A stretch of 61,988 nt of DNA, filler included, from Choristocarpus tenellus KU-1152 (taxonomy: Eukaryota; Protista; Phaeophyceae): the NCBI GenBank assembly GCA_964200185.2. It is 10 parts of 10 records of this genome, joined end to end, with 100 filler letters (N's around TTAATTAATTAA, not from the genome) between each part and the next. Parts side by side here need not be neighbours in the genome. Positions count along the whole stretch, not along the records: positions 35,912 to 40,466 come from CAXNAD020014021.1; positions 40,567 to 44,316 come from CAXNAD020018163.1; positions 44,417 to 47,831 come from CAXNAD020020190.1; positions 47,932 to 52,899 come from CAXNAD020012340.1; 6 more parts are not named here. One strand, given 5' to 3'. Both the position numbers and the translations under genes were made by a program. The stretch's first letter is position 1. The number at the start of each line of letters is the position of its first letter. Below the pieces are notes generated by a model. The model ran no database searches, was not told where the DNA came from, and saw nothing but the letters and a program-made list of their open reading frames with translations. Below are positions 37,171 through 51,200 of the stretch, one piece after another.

Positions 37171-40100
37171 CGTTCTTCGCACTTCTTCTTGCTTTGGGTA
37201 CACCTTCTCGTAGCTTCAGAGTTTGTAGGAACTAGCTGAATTTGGGACGATCGAGAACGGTGTGAGAGGTGGGGTGCCTCCGTAAAATTGTGTTTCATCT
37301 GTATTTTGCTTTGTTTTGTGAAACCGCGAATAACTTGAATTGTGTATACCATATATTATTAGTATCATCAATGTGCACGTCAAAATCTGAAACCGACAAC
37401 TGATATGAAATTTGACTGCAAAGAAATGTAATGCAAGACATTCACATATAGTCAAGTGGCCTCTGTCAGATTCCATCAAAGGAACGCTTGATACACAATT
37501 TAAACATCAAGTTTAAACTTGGTTGACGTCATATTCTCCTTCAAGTAGACGTACTTCATCATAAATTGTGGCAAACACAGCAGAAGGGTACGTGTACCTG
37601 TCCTTACCCATCACTGAACAATAAAAACAAAGCTGTGACAAAGGTTCTAGGATATTCTATTATAGGTATGTGACGAATGGTCGGACGAACATGGAACCAT
37701 AAAGACGCTTGTTATTGAACTACTACGTCAAAGTTCATACGTTCCACTTGAAGTACTTTGTGACTTACTACTATGTACTCAGAAAATAATAACGATGCAG
37801 GTGAAGGGTGTTTAGTTCCTCTAAAGTACATATGGAGGTCTATATGATAGTACTTCAAGTTGAATGAGGGTACAAATGACAAAACCACAAACAGGGAGTG
37901 ACTCCATATCGACCTCCATTAATGTAAAACAAAAATAAACACATTAATACCAAAGAAGTATACTACTTTTGTCAGTCTTGGACTACATAGTCTACCTTAC
38001 AGGACGGATGTATGGTGTCGTGACGAAGTCGGGTTCATTTTTGTGAATGATGAGAACTACAGGGGGTTGGGTTGTGACCATTTTACTACTGAACTTTCAG
38101 GCTCATCAAGAAACTACTTCGATGGTCCAACAACTATTTTTGGTAAAATGATACAGAACGACAACAATGGCAGTATGTGATTTCTTTGTAAGTAGTAAAT
38201 GTATATGGTGTCGGTCATGTCCTATCGCCAAGAAAATCTGGCAAACCACGGAAGAAAAAAAGTAACTAGATCATACATTTGACTGAGTGTTGGTTGACCA
38301 AGCAACCAAGCAAACATATCACGGTGACGCAGACTGATGATCGAGATGCAAGGTGTGAAATTTGGGGATTGGCTGCAGCCGGGTGTTCTTACTCTCGTTA
38401 GGTAGAGGCACACTACAAACCACAATGTGAATGCCCTGCATAATCCTCATGATTGCCACAGCCAGCACTGTTTGAGCCTACTGTTGCCTTTCACTTGCTT
38501 GTGGTTAGGCCGTTCGTGTTGCTTCTCTGAAGCACCCTGTTCCCCTTCCCTTCGCATTTTCCTCAAAGCAACTTTTCTTTTCTTTTGGGTGTGATTCATT
38601 TGCCGAGTAGGCGCAATGAACTTGCACAACAAGTCATGCATCATCCGTTTAGTGGGTGCGTATGCAATACGTTGCTAAATTACAAGGGAGTCATGAACGT
38701 TCCACCCATCATAGTTTTGCTTGGTGTTGGTTGTGTTGGTGAAATATTTCCCCTAGGCTAGGTATTGGTTATAATTGGAAATGCCGAGAACAGAGTGTAT
38801 TTATGATTTCACAGAGAGAGATGCATCACATATATCATCCTTCAAGTCAGGGAAACTTCTCTTTGTGCTTACTCCCTTCACTTGTCATCATTGCTCAAGT
38901 CAAGTTAATAACTTCATCCCAGGATGGGCACCCTCTCCTCCACCTTCGCCTGCATATCTCCTACAGTACCTCTGCAGGGTTTCAACCCTTCTTGTGCACT
39001 CCACCCGATGGCATATGTCAAATGTGTTCGAGCAACGTGTGGCAAAGGAATGAGTTTGTCTTCTCTTGTGATGAATTAGCGAGCACTCAAGGCATGCTAT
39101 GCCTTGTTGCACATTCCACATGTACGCCCAGTTTGATCACTGGCAATCATCTACGCTTCTCCTCTTCGCTGACATGTATCATACACCTACAACTGCCCTC
39201 ATGTTGCTGGGTGTATTCGGTGGCAGGATAATGGATGCTTCTGCTCTCATCCCCTCTACCCCACAGGGCCATTCACCCTCCTCCCAAGGAAGCTCTAATA
39301 CGGTGAGATGCATGAACTTACCAAGAGAAATTGAGCAATCTCTCTCTATATACCTTCACAATAGTCAGCTTAGAAACCAAGGCCATCCCCTAGCCCTAAC
39401 ACCCTAATCCTAACATTCAAGTTTGATCTCTTACACCGAGATTAAATATGATCCAAATATACCACTCTATGAAAGGTCCATATAATCTGTGAGCATCTAC
39501 GCAATCCCATCTATTCCCCCCAAGTGTCTTACAGACCCCCAATGCTCCCTTGTTGTCATCCCTCGGAATGCCAAACTGGAATGTCGCCACTGTCTCTCAT
39601 GCGCAAATCGTGTCTACTTGTCCAAGGTTACAATGGGAAGAACCCTGCCCTCCCTAGACACCTTGGACACGAGCCCATTGAGTGATAATGACGAGGTGAA
39701 TTATCTACCCCCTATGGTCAACTCCCCTTACATCAGATGGAGGAGTTGTAATGGTGCATTTGTGAAATTAATTATTGTCGGGTGTGTGAAAGTACCATGT
39801 ATGATATTCAAACTATTGCCACCCATTGCCAAGGAGCACAGTAGGAACAACGAGTGCCTAATATAGCCCTTCCTATCTTTTGGCTGAGCGTTCAAGGTTT
39901 TGGGAATTCAGTCTCTGGATTTGATTGGCGCGTTTCCTACCTACTGACATGATATACTTCAAAGGCTGTTTTGAGGTGCCCCTTTCGCTTTTCCTACCCC
40001 CAAATGTTCTTGTACCCCATAGATTTTACGAATATTCATTCGCTGTAGGAAATACTTAAACAGATTTGTTGTTGTGGGAGAGTGATTGTTGGACCTCACT

Positions 40101-40619
40101 ACGTGGTCTTGTAGACTTCCATCTGTTTCATCCTCCGCTCATGAGCTCTTACCTGTACTTCCGCCTGTGTGTTTTCCCATCAAAACCGGCTGCAGGTTTC
40201 CTTTGCAGAAACTGCCAGTATCCTCGGCTCTCCTACTACTTCACTTGATGCGGAATTTGCTGTTTCAGACCTCTTGTGGTGAAAATCGACTCCCCTCGTC
40301 CCTGCCACTCCGGGACTCTGGAGGAGGTGAAAGTGTAATAGACTACAAGCTTGTCAGCATTGCCTTACATGATAACATGTCTACCCTATTTTTCTCCTCT
40401 TTTGAAGATGAAGCGTAGGTTCGTTGAAGGTGTGTCTCAACCTTAGGGCCAAAGTATCTGGGGGGGNNNNNNNNNNNNNNNNNNNNNNNNNNNNNNNNNN
40501 NNNNNNNNNNTTAATTAATTAANNNNNNNNNNNNNNNNNNNNNNNNNNNNNNNNNNNNNNNNNNNNCCCCCCCTCCCAGATACTTTGGGTCACTTTTAGT
40601 CCTCTGTAGACCCCCTACT

Positions 40620-41000
40620 CATCAATCTTAACACGACTCGCACTTTGTTCCTTTCTTTAAAAAACAAACAAAAGTGGTGTTGCATATCCATCAAAATTTA
40701 TTGGCATAACTTTGGACTTCAAAGTGTGCTTCAACCGCACACTTGTACCACCTCTGTCGGTTGATAGTTCTTGTTCTCCATCCTTCGAACATGATCCCAA
40801 ACTAAGTTGTATTGCAGGCACTCATACTCCATGCGTACAACTGACTCTGCGAATAGGATTTTCGGTGTTTACAGGTTTGCCTTGATAGTCTCACATCCGG
40901 TCCTCACCTTGGCACCTTTGTAGGGCAGTGTGTGATCGGTGCATTTCCGTCTACGAAATCCAATGCATTGCTGTAGTAGGAATTTATGATGTGAGTGAAA
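40620..41000 (-). mobile_element. Possible PIF/Harbinger transposase remnant
   Basis: Minus-strand 'ALDFVDGNAP' (about 40968-40938) followed by 'LKHTLKSKVMPINFDG' (about 40735-40688) resembles the DDE_Tnp_4 motifs GFIDGT and K-x-H-x-LK-x-Q...PDG. Confidence 0.4.
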
Positions 41001-42099
41001 CTTCATATAGTGGTCCTAGCGAAGTGTCAATGCCATATGACAATACAACTGAACACCAATCAAATACTTCACAGTCTTGAGCATTCGGATCTAAAGCTCA
41101 AGTGATGCACTGTAGGTTCTGTCATCAAATGCACCAGCTGTTTGCAAAAGCAACTCCAAGCATTTTTAATCCTTCAGCTGATCTTGCAGCGATAGAAGCT
41201 TTACAACTAATGGTGCCTTCAAGACTGACACCAAGCGATTTATTTGTCAGTCTGCCTGTACCTCTAGTCTAGTACCCAAATCTATATGATATTTGCAAAC
41301 TAATTGTGAGGCTGAAGGAAAATGGCCTGTCTTCGATTATAACATGGTCAGACCGAATGACTTCTGTCTGGTCACTTCGCAAGTGCTATCATCATCCCGG
41401 TCAATACTCCTCGGGTCTTAAACACACTACCTGCAATATTAGCATAAAATATACACCACAGACAGGAAGATTTGCTCCATCTAGTGTTTTCCACTCCCTT
41501 ATACAGGGTAGTTGCTCGACACGCACGGACTCTTGACATTTATAGTGGAACACATATATGTAGTCACAGGTCACAGTACAGGATATTTAGATAGGAGGAT
41601 ACAGGTAGGGGCAGGTATGGGGGACCGCTATTCTGATCTACTAAATAGAAAAATGATACATACAGACGGAATTATATGTGCACATGTCCACAGTAGTAGG
41701 TAACCTTTTCATCCGTTGGGATTACGACATAGAGGTATGTAATCGACGTCACCACCTTTCTTTGCGGGAAAAATCATTTCCTCGCAGGGGTCCAAACCCG
41801 TAAAATTCAAGCAGGTACTCAACCCTGTTGATCCTTGACTAATCCACAAAAAATTATTGTGAACAAGGTGTAACAGTATTATTAGATCAAAGTATAGTAT
41901 GTATTGATGAGGGAAAACAAAAAAGAACTATGCGACTCTCTAATAATCCTAGTATTACTATCTCTAATACAACCACTACTATATACTTCAGTATATGGCT
42001 TCAATTCTGGTATTTTACGATATGATAACCTCACCTTCAAATATTTCGCATCCCACCGATACACATAATCATTTATTTATACATCGATACACTGATACT

Positions 42100-42480
42100 T
42101 CCACAACATCAAGGTTTATTTCTGTATTGAATCTCGACAAGGGAGGAGTAGGACTAGTGCAAGTTATCCAGAAATGGCGATTGGACTCAGGTGTTAGGAA
42201 GGCAGTGCATTGCACAAACACCTCTGTGGGTGAGTAGACGTCTTCAAGTCGTTTTGGGAGTAGGAGAAACCTGGGTCACTGTCGTATTGAGTGCCCATAG
42301 ACGATGAGTTGACGGTAGCCTTAAAACATGTCTGGTCACTCAAACTTCAGAAGAAGAGACTACCAGAACTCAGACATATAGTAGCGATGTTATGCTCATA
42401 CGTAAGCTAATACAATTGTGCATCTGGATCATAGTAATTGCCACCCCTTGTCACCTATGCCCGGCTTGAGTCGACTCAGG
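42100..42480 (-). mobile_element. Possible Copia RT remnant related to 5940-6200
   Basis: Shares GGTAGCCTTAAAA(G/C)ATG and a downstream TAG(C/T)AGCGATG with the RT-like segment at about 6148-6190. Confidence 0.35.
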
Positions 42481-42531
42481 TGAATTGGTCACACAAGAAA
42501 ATCTGGAGAAGTTGAAGAACAGTGCTTAGTT

Positions 42532-44274
42532 ATGGCGACAGAGCTGAGCCCGATAGAGGTCGACGAAGTCAAGAAAATCTTCCTACTCGCTGGTGAATTC
42601 CTCCTCCTAGCCCCCCCTCCCCCCGATCCGCATTTGGATGGGAGGGCTCAAGTTGCAGGAGAAGTCAAGAGTCACAATTTTTTTCTCCAACCACAATACT
42701 AAACACATTTTTACCTTTCATTAGTTTCGAGTGAAGTCCTGCTCCACAAGACCCCAGGTCGCATGCAGCTCTCTGCTCATCTTTTGTATCTCCTATCGCA
42801 CTCGCAGACAGTAGCAACACCGGAAGGATTGACTTGTCGAAGGCCGTGGAATGCATCGATGAGCTGGCCTACGATATTGACGATCACACGGGAGACCTGG
42901 TAGCGGCAGCTGTGCCAGAGTCAGTCATGAACGATAGCCTCACGCTCACGGATCTGTTGCAGGCAAGATGCAAGGTGTTATTACGAAGAACGGTGGGCCA
43001 TGGGCACGGGCACGGGCTTGAGCGCTCGATGTTTTGATAACTTATCCCGAATGGGAAGGTTGTGGTGGCTATGCGGGATAAAAAGTGACACCTACCTGAC
43101 CCCGCTTGTGTAATCTTGGGGATAGGAGAAACCCTGACCATACATAGCAGTCCCTTATTGTTGTTGGCTTAGGGTAAGTGTCGAGGTTTTGCCATCACCT
43201 TCAGGCTCTGTTTCCCCCCTCTCCGACAGTATGTGCAGTGTCCCAACGTCTCTCGATGTTGCCACAGGTGGCTAGGGAAGCTAAGGCGCAGGAAATTGCT
43301 GTGGGTAATAATATTTCAGTCGAGGTGAGCCTCTTAAAAAATTACGTCATGCTTATCGTGCTTTCTGTTTGAAGTGTATTGGTGGGGTAGTGTATGAAGC
43401 ATGTTGGGGAGATGAATTGTCAGTAACACCCATCATGATGTTCTGGGGATGTGCTGATGATGCTCCGTTTGATAAAGAAGCAGACGTATTTTCGGTTTTT
43501 TTTCCCTTCCAGATATTCTTTCTGCAAACCCTTTTGTTGCTGTTGTGATCCAGGTTTTATACCTGACATCTTTTGTGTTTAGACTTCTGGGTCCATGTGT
43601 TCGACCCTCTCCACCATTTGCAAACACAACAAGATATGTAGAATGTACTTGAGAAAACTCAGCAGTTCACTAACAAGTCTAATTTTAGACAAAATTTTAC
43701 ATGAAGATACATATTTATTGAAGTTTTTGGACGATATTAGTCCACTTCCGGGTTCTGAGGTTTAGAACTCGTTCAGCAGGCGTGCAACTTTTGCAACTGT
43801 TACATGTAGGATCTATATTTTTTTAGAAATGATGATGTTAAGTTGCCACGTTGTTCCCAAACAAGAGCAAGAAAACATTCCAAAGCATTTACTCACTTGT
43901 GATTCCAACACAATGCCTTCCATCAGGTGATGCCTACTATTACTAGGCAGAAAAAACCTCGTTATATTATACATCAAAGAGTTCACCCACGGTTGAGTTA
44001 CACTGCCACAGTGCCCCTACAATATCAGATTCGAACAACAAAACGCCTGTCCCCCCATCCGACCTCCCTCCCTCTTCTACCCTCTTTTTCCCACTACCCC
44101 AAATTTTATCTCTCATTCTGGAAAGAAGCACAGTGTGAACAGAACTGCTTCTCTCGATGCTCTCAGGGTAGCCGTTCGAATGCTAAAGAAGGAGAGTCCT
44201 GTCTCCACAACTGTTATCACTGCTGCTGCTGGTTTTGCATCAGCGGGATTTCACCACCGGGATGGTGTGAAGAG
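42532..44274 (+). CDS. Protein with an N-terminal EF-hand-like motif, 5' part of the gene
   Basis: Exon 42532-42592 splices in phase to an exon starting at 42808, giving MATELSPIEVDEVKKIFLLA-DSSNTGRIDLSKAVECIDEL. Further candidate exons at 43269-43325 and about 44142-44274; the downstream structure is uncertain. Confidence 0.6.
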
Positions 44275-44536
44275 AGTGGAGGATCGGGGGGGGGGGGGGG
44301 GGGGGGTTGCGCCGGGNNNNNNNNNNNNNNNNNNNNNNNNNNNNNNNNNNNNNNNNNNNNTTAATTAATTAANNNNNNNNNNNNNNNNNNNNNNNNNNNN
44401 NNNNNNNNNNNNNNNNCTCCCCCCCCCCCTCTCTCTATATCAGTTTCCCCAACTTTTTTTTGCTCTTTTCTCTGCCCTCTGATTTGCTTACTCCTCCCCT
44501 GGGACCGACATCACAATTGTTGTTGGGAGGACACAG

Positions 44537-46655
44537 ATAATGGACACGCCAGGGGTGCTGTCAAGGCCAGATGAGGAACGCAATGAGATGGAGTCGTTGA
44601 CGCTTGCATCTATGCAACACCTGCCCACTGGTGTGGTGTTTGTCATGGACCTCTCAGGGCAAAGTGGTATGCAGTCCTCAGTGGAGAAGCAGGTGATCTG
44701 GAGTGTAGACCCCTCCCGTCCTCCCCCCCCCCCAAATGTATACCTGCGTTGTTGTGCACGCATGTGCTCCTTGATTATCCCTTGCTCAACCTGCTTGTGA
44801 TTCAAGCGTCTTGTTAGTGTTGGTTGTTGTCATGGTATTTGTTTGTTTGACATGAATATTTTTGGGGGGGGGCCTTACACTGAACTGTAGAAAGAGTTGA
44901 ATCTACGAAGAAACAATGCATGCCCAGACCAGTGCAACTATTGGTTCTCTTTTGGAGGCAGGGCTGCCCGCTTAAATAACCAGAATGCAGTCTGGATTTG
45001 AAATTTTGGAAGCCTCTGTATCCCAGGACTGGAGCATGCACAAAAATGAGCAACTGAGTCGCAGTCTGGGAACAAGTAGACGAGGCTTTGCAAAACTGCC
45101 CAGTCTGATATTAGACCCCTGGATTGTTTTATGTGCTTCCATCCAAGGCTTTGATGGAGACCAGTTCTCGCTTTGAGCACTTCAATGTTTGGTTATGACG
45201 TTGTGTTCATTATGAATACATCTTGGTGGCCCTAGTCTCTTGAATTGAGGGAGATGGATGACCTGGGCGGGGGGATGTTTTCTCAGCTCTACCTGTGTCA
45301 CTATTGTGAAAAGATAATACATACACGGTTGTTTGTGAAAGGTGGTGTATGCCCTCCCCTAACCCTAACCCTAACCCCCAACCCACCGTTTCCATGATCA
45401 CTAAGTACTCAGTATATCTCATGCATTTTATACTTTTTGTGGACAGGTGGATGTAAGAAACGAACTCCGGCAACGCTTCCCCCGGCGACCATGGGTGGAT
45501 GTAGTCAGCAAGGCTGACCTTCCACGATTTGAGGAGGAGGTGGCCTTGGTGTCCATGCCAGATGGGTTCATCGATGTGTCCACGGAGGACGGAACTGGAC
45601 TAGGGGAACTTCGAACGAGGTGTGTTGTTTTGTAGAGTGATGTTGGGTGGAGGGAGGGGAAAGGGGGAGGGGAAGCCTCATTGATGCGTTGCTTTTTGTG
45701 TGTGTGTATGTGTGTGTTTTTATTTGTGTACCATTTGTGTCTAAACATGGCTCGAGATAGCATTGCCTTGGCATTCTGTGAGTCCTAGAGAACTGGATCC
45801 TGTAGCTGGTAGTGGTTGGTGGGAGTAGGTGGAAGGAGGGCCAGGGGTGGGATGACTTGCTATTAAAGACACTTGGGATTCCAATATGTATATTGGGACT
45901 TGGTATTACACACCTTGCAGAGGCATATGTGTGCATTCTGACCGCACTTTGTCAATCTGGGGCTGTTTCTGCTTCTGTCTCCTCGTTTTTTAACGTAACA
46001 GGGGGGATAAACTGTAACATTTCGTTGTAGTGTTAAGGCTGGGTATCTTATGTGTTAGTGCCATGGTAAGGTTGGAGAAGGGGGGAGAGAAAAAAATCAT
46101 GGAAGGAGGGTCAGGGAGAGGAAGAAGGGCCATAGCAGTTTGCTCCACATTGCTTGTTGTGGTCCTCCTCCCCTGTATGATCACGAGATGCCGTTTTGTA
46201 TTGTAGTGCTAGGGCGAACCTCTCTATTGAGTCAGGCAGACCATTTGGGGGACGCATGCTTGCAATTCTCCCCAATCTCTTGAGTAACACATGCCAAGGT
46301 TATAGGTAATGTGATAGAGGGGTTGAGAAGATGTTACCAAGCAGAAACCATTTCGACCAATGGAGTATATAGCATTTATGAGTCAAATTTAGCCAACATT
46401 TGTATAATGCATTCACGATGCAGTGCGCCTTCAAATATGGCATCACTCAGTATCTTGTAGTAGTACATAGCCAGTTCGGTCTAACTCCCTCCTTGTTCTT
46501 GTTGCTGAAACACTTCCTTCGCCTTTTCCTGCTCCCATCCCTCTTCTGTTCCTCTGCACAGACTCTTCGACATGTACGAGATTATTGACGGAATCCTGAG
46601 CCCACCGCCCGACATTCCTGATGATCCTGGGCAGAGAGAGACTAGTACCCAGTAG
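44537..46655 (+). CDS. NOG1-family (OBG-like) GTP-binding protein, last 3 exons
   Basis: Exons 44537-44692, 45447-45619 and 46562-46655. G3 DTPG plus the NOG1 signature 'RNEMESLTLASMQHL', G4 SKAD and G5 VST. It lacks the long nucleolar NOG1 C-terminus, so it may be the short organellar-type paralogue. Confidence 0.88.
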
Positions 46656-48211
46656 TAGTTGTGGAGGAGGGGGTGGTTGGTGTTGATGATTGTTACCACT
46701 CTGTTCTGCACCATATAGGCAGATCTAGAACCTTGGTAGTACAGAACAGGGGGCACTCCCACACTCCATACAATGAGTGGTGCTATGGGAGATTATGTTT
46801 GCTTGTGAGAGAGTAATACTCCATGTCAGATCTTGATTTGGAAGGGACTGGAGGAGGAGGAGGAGGAGGAGGAGGAGGAGGAGGAACAGCAAATAATGGG
46901 GAATGGGGAATTTATCCTGCTTAATCTTAGTTGTGTGTGAGGAATGGTATATTGTGCATGTATGTTTTTTTCCCTCTCACAACTGTCCAATGGTTTGCCT
47001 TTATCTGTACCGTAGTGTAGATAATACTTGAATATATATTTTTTTATCTCAAGTTTTCTAAATTTAGTTTACTATCTTTCTGTTCTGCCACCAGCCGAAT
47101 GAAGGCCCACAAAGTAAGATGGTCACCATTTTATGAAAGCTCTAGAGCTGTGTAGCACGTCTACAGTGCTTTCATTGCCAGGCAACCCAATCCATGCTGT
47201 TGTGTTGTCGTATGGATGCGAGGTCTTTGTTGGTGTTTCAAGGCCAATAGAGAACACAATGTTATTGTCGTATTGTTCTACCTCAATCTATTGTTGTGGT
47301 AACTGGTGTGTCAAAATAGATGTGAAAAAGACTAGTAGAGATACGAAATTGTCCATGAAATATTGTTGCTGGGATTTTAACGTCAATATAAAACACAATG
47401 TTGCTATTGTCCTACTCTACCCTGTTCTATTCTGTTGTTGTGGTGACTCGTGAGCCAGAATATTTATGTACAAAGTATTTATGTATGTCATCAAGAATAT
47501 TGTAAATGATAAACGATCAACAAAATATCACATTCCTATTCTGAAAAATTTAGCATTATATAATCATCACAATCTTCATCCTTTGGGAAACATCACATTC
47601 AAGAACGAGAGACCTACTCCAGTTCTTGAAACCTCCTGTCCACTAAATCTATTCCTCTATATTATAGATGCAAAAGGGTTGAGAAATATACTTCCAAAAA
47701 CATGTGATCCTCAAATTGACGAACACATCACCACAATACCTTAATGGATCTAAGATAGACATGTTTTGGGAAAGCTAGGCCAACTATATTCCATCTGTCC
47801 CTATAACAGTGGATTTTAAAAATTGAGGATGNNNNNNNNNNNNNNNNNNNNNNNNNNNNNNNNNNNNNNNNNNNNTTAATTAATTAANNNNNNNNNNNNN
47901 NNNNNNNNNNNNNNNNNNNNNNNNNNNNNNNCCCCCCCCCCCCCCCCCAGATATACTCTGACCCTCTTGCTTAAAATAAAAAAATTGAACCTCTGAACAC
48001 TGTCCTCCCCCTGTTTTTCTGTATTTAATTTTTTATGGATGCGAATAATGTATGAAATATAAAAAAAACTAGTGCACGCCGCCCTGCCGGGGACTATAGA
48101 TATATGGAGGCTTTTTTCTACTTGCAGCTCGAGCTCTAATCCTTAACACCTTTCTCTTATACTTACCCCCATTTTTTTTTTTTTTTTTTTTGTTGTTATT
48201 GTTGTTTGCAG

Positions 48212-51200
48212 GGTTTCAACAACAGCAACAGCAACTCTTCTCCTCAAATGGAGGCGTTTTATAACCTGTTCGATGATAGGTCGACCGTTACAGTGAACGG
48301 GACGGCTTACGTTAAGTTTGGTCTGATTGGGAAGGGTGGAAGCAGCAAGGTGTACCGGGTGTTAGCTCCAAATCACAAGGTTAGTCGGTTGGTTGATTTG
48401 CTCACTTTTTATTTTTCTTTGATACTGTTTTTTTTTTTAATAGTAGAGGTAATAGTGTGCGATAAGTTATAAATAAATAAATCGTTTGTGAGTACTCCAG
48501 AGTTGTATATGGTTAAGGTCGACCCTGAAGTTTTTTTTTTTTTGTATACGATGCCATTGTTTGTTTGTTTTTGTATATGATGCCATTGTTTTTTTTGTAT
48601 ATGATGCCATTGTTGTTTTTTGTATACGATGTCATTGTTTTTTTTTGTATACCATGACACTGTTATTTAAATCTGGGGCAAATCACAGGAATGGAGATTG
48701 CAAGAGATGTTGCATGTTGTTGGCCTTCAAGAGGAGTGGGTGCATTGTGCATATTTGGTGGAGAATATAGGTTACAGAGAAATGCCCCTTTACCTTTGGA
48801 ATGGACTGGTTGTGATTCCATTGAGTCAGTACTACTATCACAAGACTTTATTCAATGATGACTGAGTTGTACTACTGTACTATTGTACTGTGTACTTCAT
48901 GATATTTCGGTATTGATAATAGTCTTTGTGATAGTTATGGTATTGATAATAGTCTTTGTGATTGTTATGGTATTGATAATAGTCTTTGTGATTGTTATGG
49001 TATTGATAATAATCTTTGTGATTGTTATGGTATTGATAATAGTCTTTGTGATTGTTATGGTATTGATAATAGCCTTTGTAATTATCATGTTATTGACAGT
49101 AGCCTTTGTGACTATTGGTAGTTCTATCCGGGAATTGAGTTTTTATCTGTGCCACATTTTGAGGGTTAGGGTTAGGTTTGATTTTTTTTTGTATGTGTCT
49201 GTAAGTGCTACATTTTGAGAGGTTATGGATACGGTTGTTTCTTTATATTTTTGCATGTGTGTAAACATGCCAAATTTTGAGGGTTTAGGGTTAGGGTTAG
49301 GGTTAGGAGGTCAAAAACCTTTTTAGTTTGAATGCATGTAGTAGCAATGGTAGTAGTAAAAATGTAGATGTAGCATAAGGGTTAGGGTTAGTGCTGAGAA
49401 TGACTGTATTGAATTGGTCAGGAGGGAAGTGCTGTACTGACTGCTTGTTTGTTGAGTCTGCTGGAATGCATGAAACAGGCTAGTGGACTCCTTACATGCT
49501 TAGAGTGTTTGTGGTACATGAGTGAGGGTTGCTATCCAAGATGTAGTAAATGAGTGATGGATGCTATCTAAGATGTACTAAATGAGTGATGGATTCTATC
49601 TAAGATGTAGTACATGAATGATGGATGCTATCTAAGAGGGGGTTGTAGAGTTATTTACAGGCCCCTTAAACTGGCTTGTGGTGTATGTGCCTTGATCCCA
49701 ATTCATGGTGCCCTTGTGCTAAAGGTGTACCCATTTCCAACTTGTTTTGTTCTCCGCTAACCCTAACCCTTATGGAGGGTCAAATGTATTCAAGGTAAGG
49801 TAGGCATGGTGTATATTATTGCTCAGGGTTCAAACAGGTCTAAAAGCTGAATGCAATGAAAATCGACCTCCCTCTGAGGTGACTCCGCTGAGTGTGTGGG
49901 GAAGAGCTTCAGTGCTCCGATTTCATGCATGTTCTTGATGTGTCTAGAGAAATCAAAAGGGTGATGCAGTTGTTATCTCAATAGTATTTTAACCTAGTAT
50001 GGTAGTGAAGTTTACAAAATCAAAAAAATATCCCTTGGTCTTAATGCTATACCCTAACACTATTTTAAACACTCTACATGCCTACTGTTTTTGATATCTA
50101 TGTATTGAATATTTTTTTTATTATTATCATTTTACTATTAATGTTATTATTATTATTAATTTTGTTGTATCCCTTGTGGTGGTTCTGATTTATGACATCA
50201 CTGCCTTGCACACTGTTGGTGATATCACAGTGTGTTCATCTTATTATTTCTAATTTATTTAATCATCGATTACAGATAGTAGTGTGTATGCAAAAGAGAA
50301 AACTGGCTATATATATATTTTTAATTTATTTGAAATGGTTTTTTCATCTTAGGATCATTTTGAGTACAATGAACCAAAACCCTAACCCTAACATCAGACA
50401 GTTGTACAATAAAATAAATTACACAAGAATTATATTTATTATTCTCCCTCATGGTGCTTGAGTGCAATGAGCCATAACCCTAACCATTTTTTACCACATC
50501 ATTCCAACATATTATTGTTATTAGAGCAAATTGTATCTACTGTCCTTTTTCTTGAAAAGTCATTCACAGGAACATGTGTGCACATATATATTATTATTTA
50601 TTGTTATATTAATAAAATTGTTGAGCAATTTTGAGAGAGAAAGAATAGAGGTTAGGGGGGATATCTTATGATTACAATAATAAAAATAATTTTATGACAT
50701 CTTCATGATAATAACAATAATTACTGTCATTACTGTCAGATAGATTGTGATGTAATTATGATGATAAAATATACTTACATAGATAGGTATTGATATCTTT
50801 AGTATGATAATAAAATATAAATATGCACTATACATGGATAGGTATTGATATCTTTAGTATGATAAGAACAATGAAAAAATTCATGTATACATAGATAGTT
50901 ATTGGTATCTTTAGTATGATAATAAAAAAATAATAATGCATGTATACATAGATAGGTATTGATATCTTCAGTATGATAATAAAAATATACATGTGTACAT
51001 GGTGATGACCCAGCAGGTATTGGCTCTGAAGCACGTGACCATTGATGGAGCTCAAGGGGATCATGGTATGGCAGTACTAGCCAACTATGCTAATGAGATA
51101 GCTCTGTTGAAGAGCCTGCGTGGATCCCCTGCTGTTATCCAGCTGGAAGATGCAGAGGTATGGTCCATCATGTAGGGTATTTGTTGGTTGTTGTTCATTG

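Noticed and set aside
39480-40100. Possible LINE endonuclease remnant on the minus strand (GVQE, TIINFTNAP, LTIGG)
   Set aside because: The motifs are too degenerate to support a call without a profile search.
48883-49218. Hydrophobic repeat ORF (VLIIVFVIVM)n
   Set aside because: Translation of a 30-bp intronic minisatellite.
49280-49306. True telomere
   Set aside because: The arrays are short, degenerate and embedded in introns on both strands.
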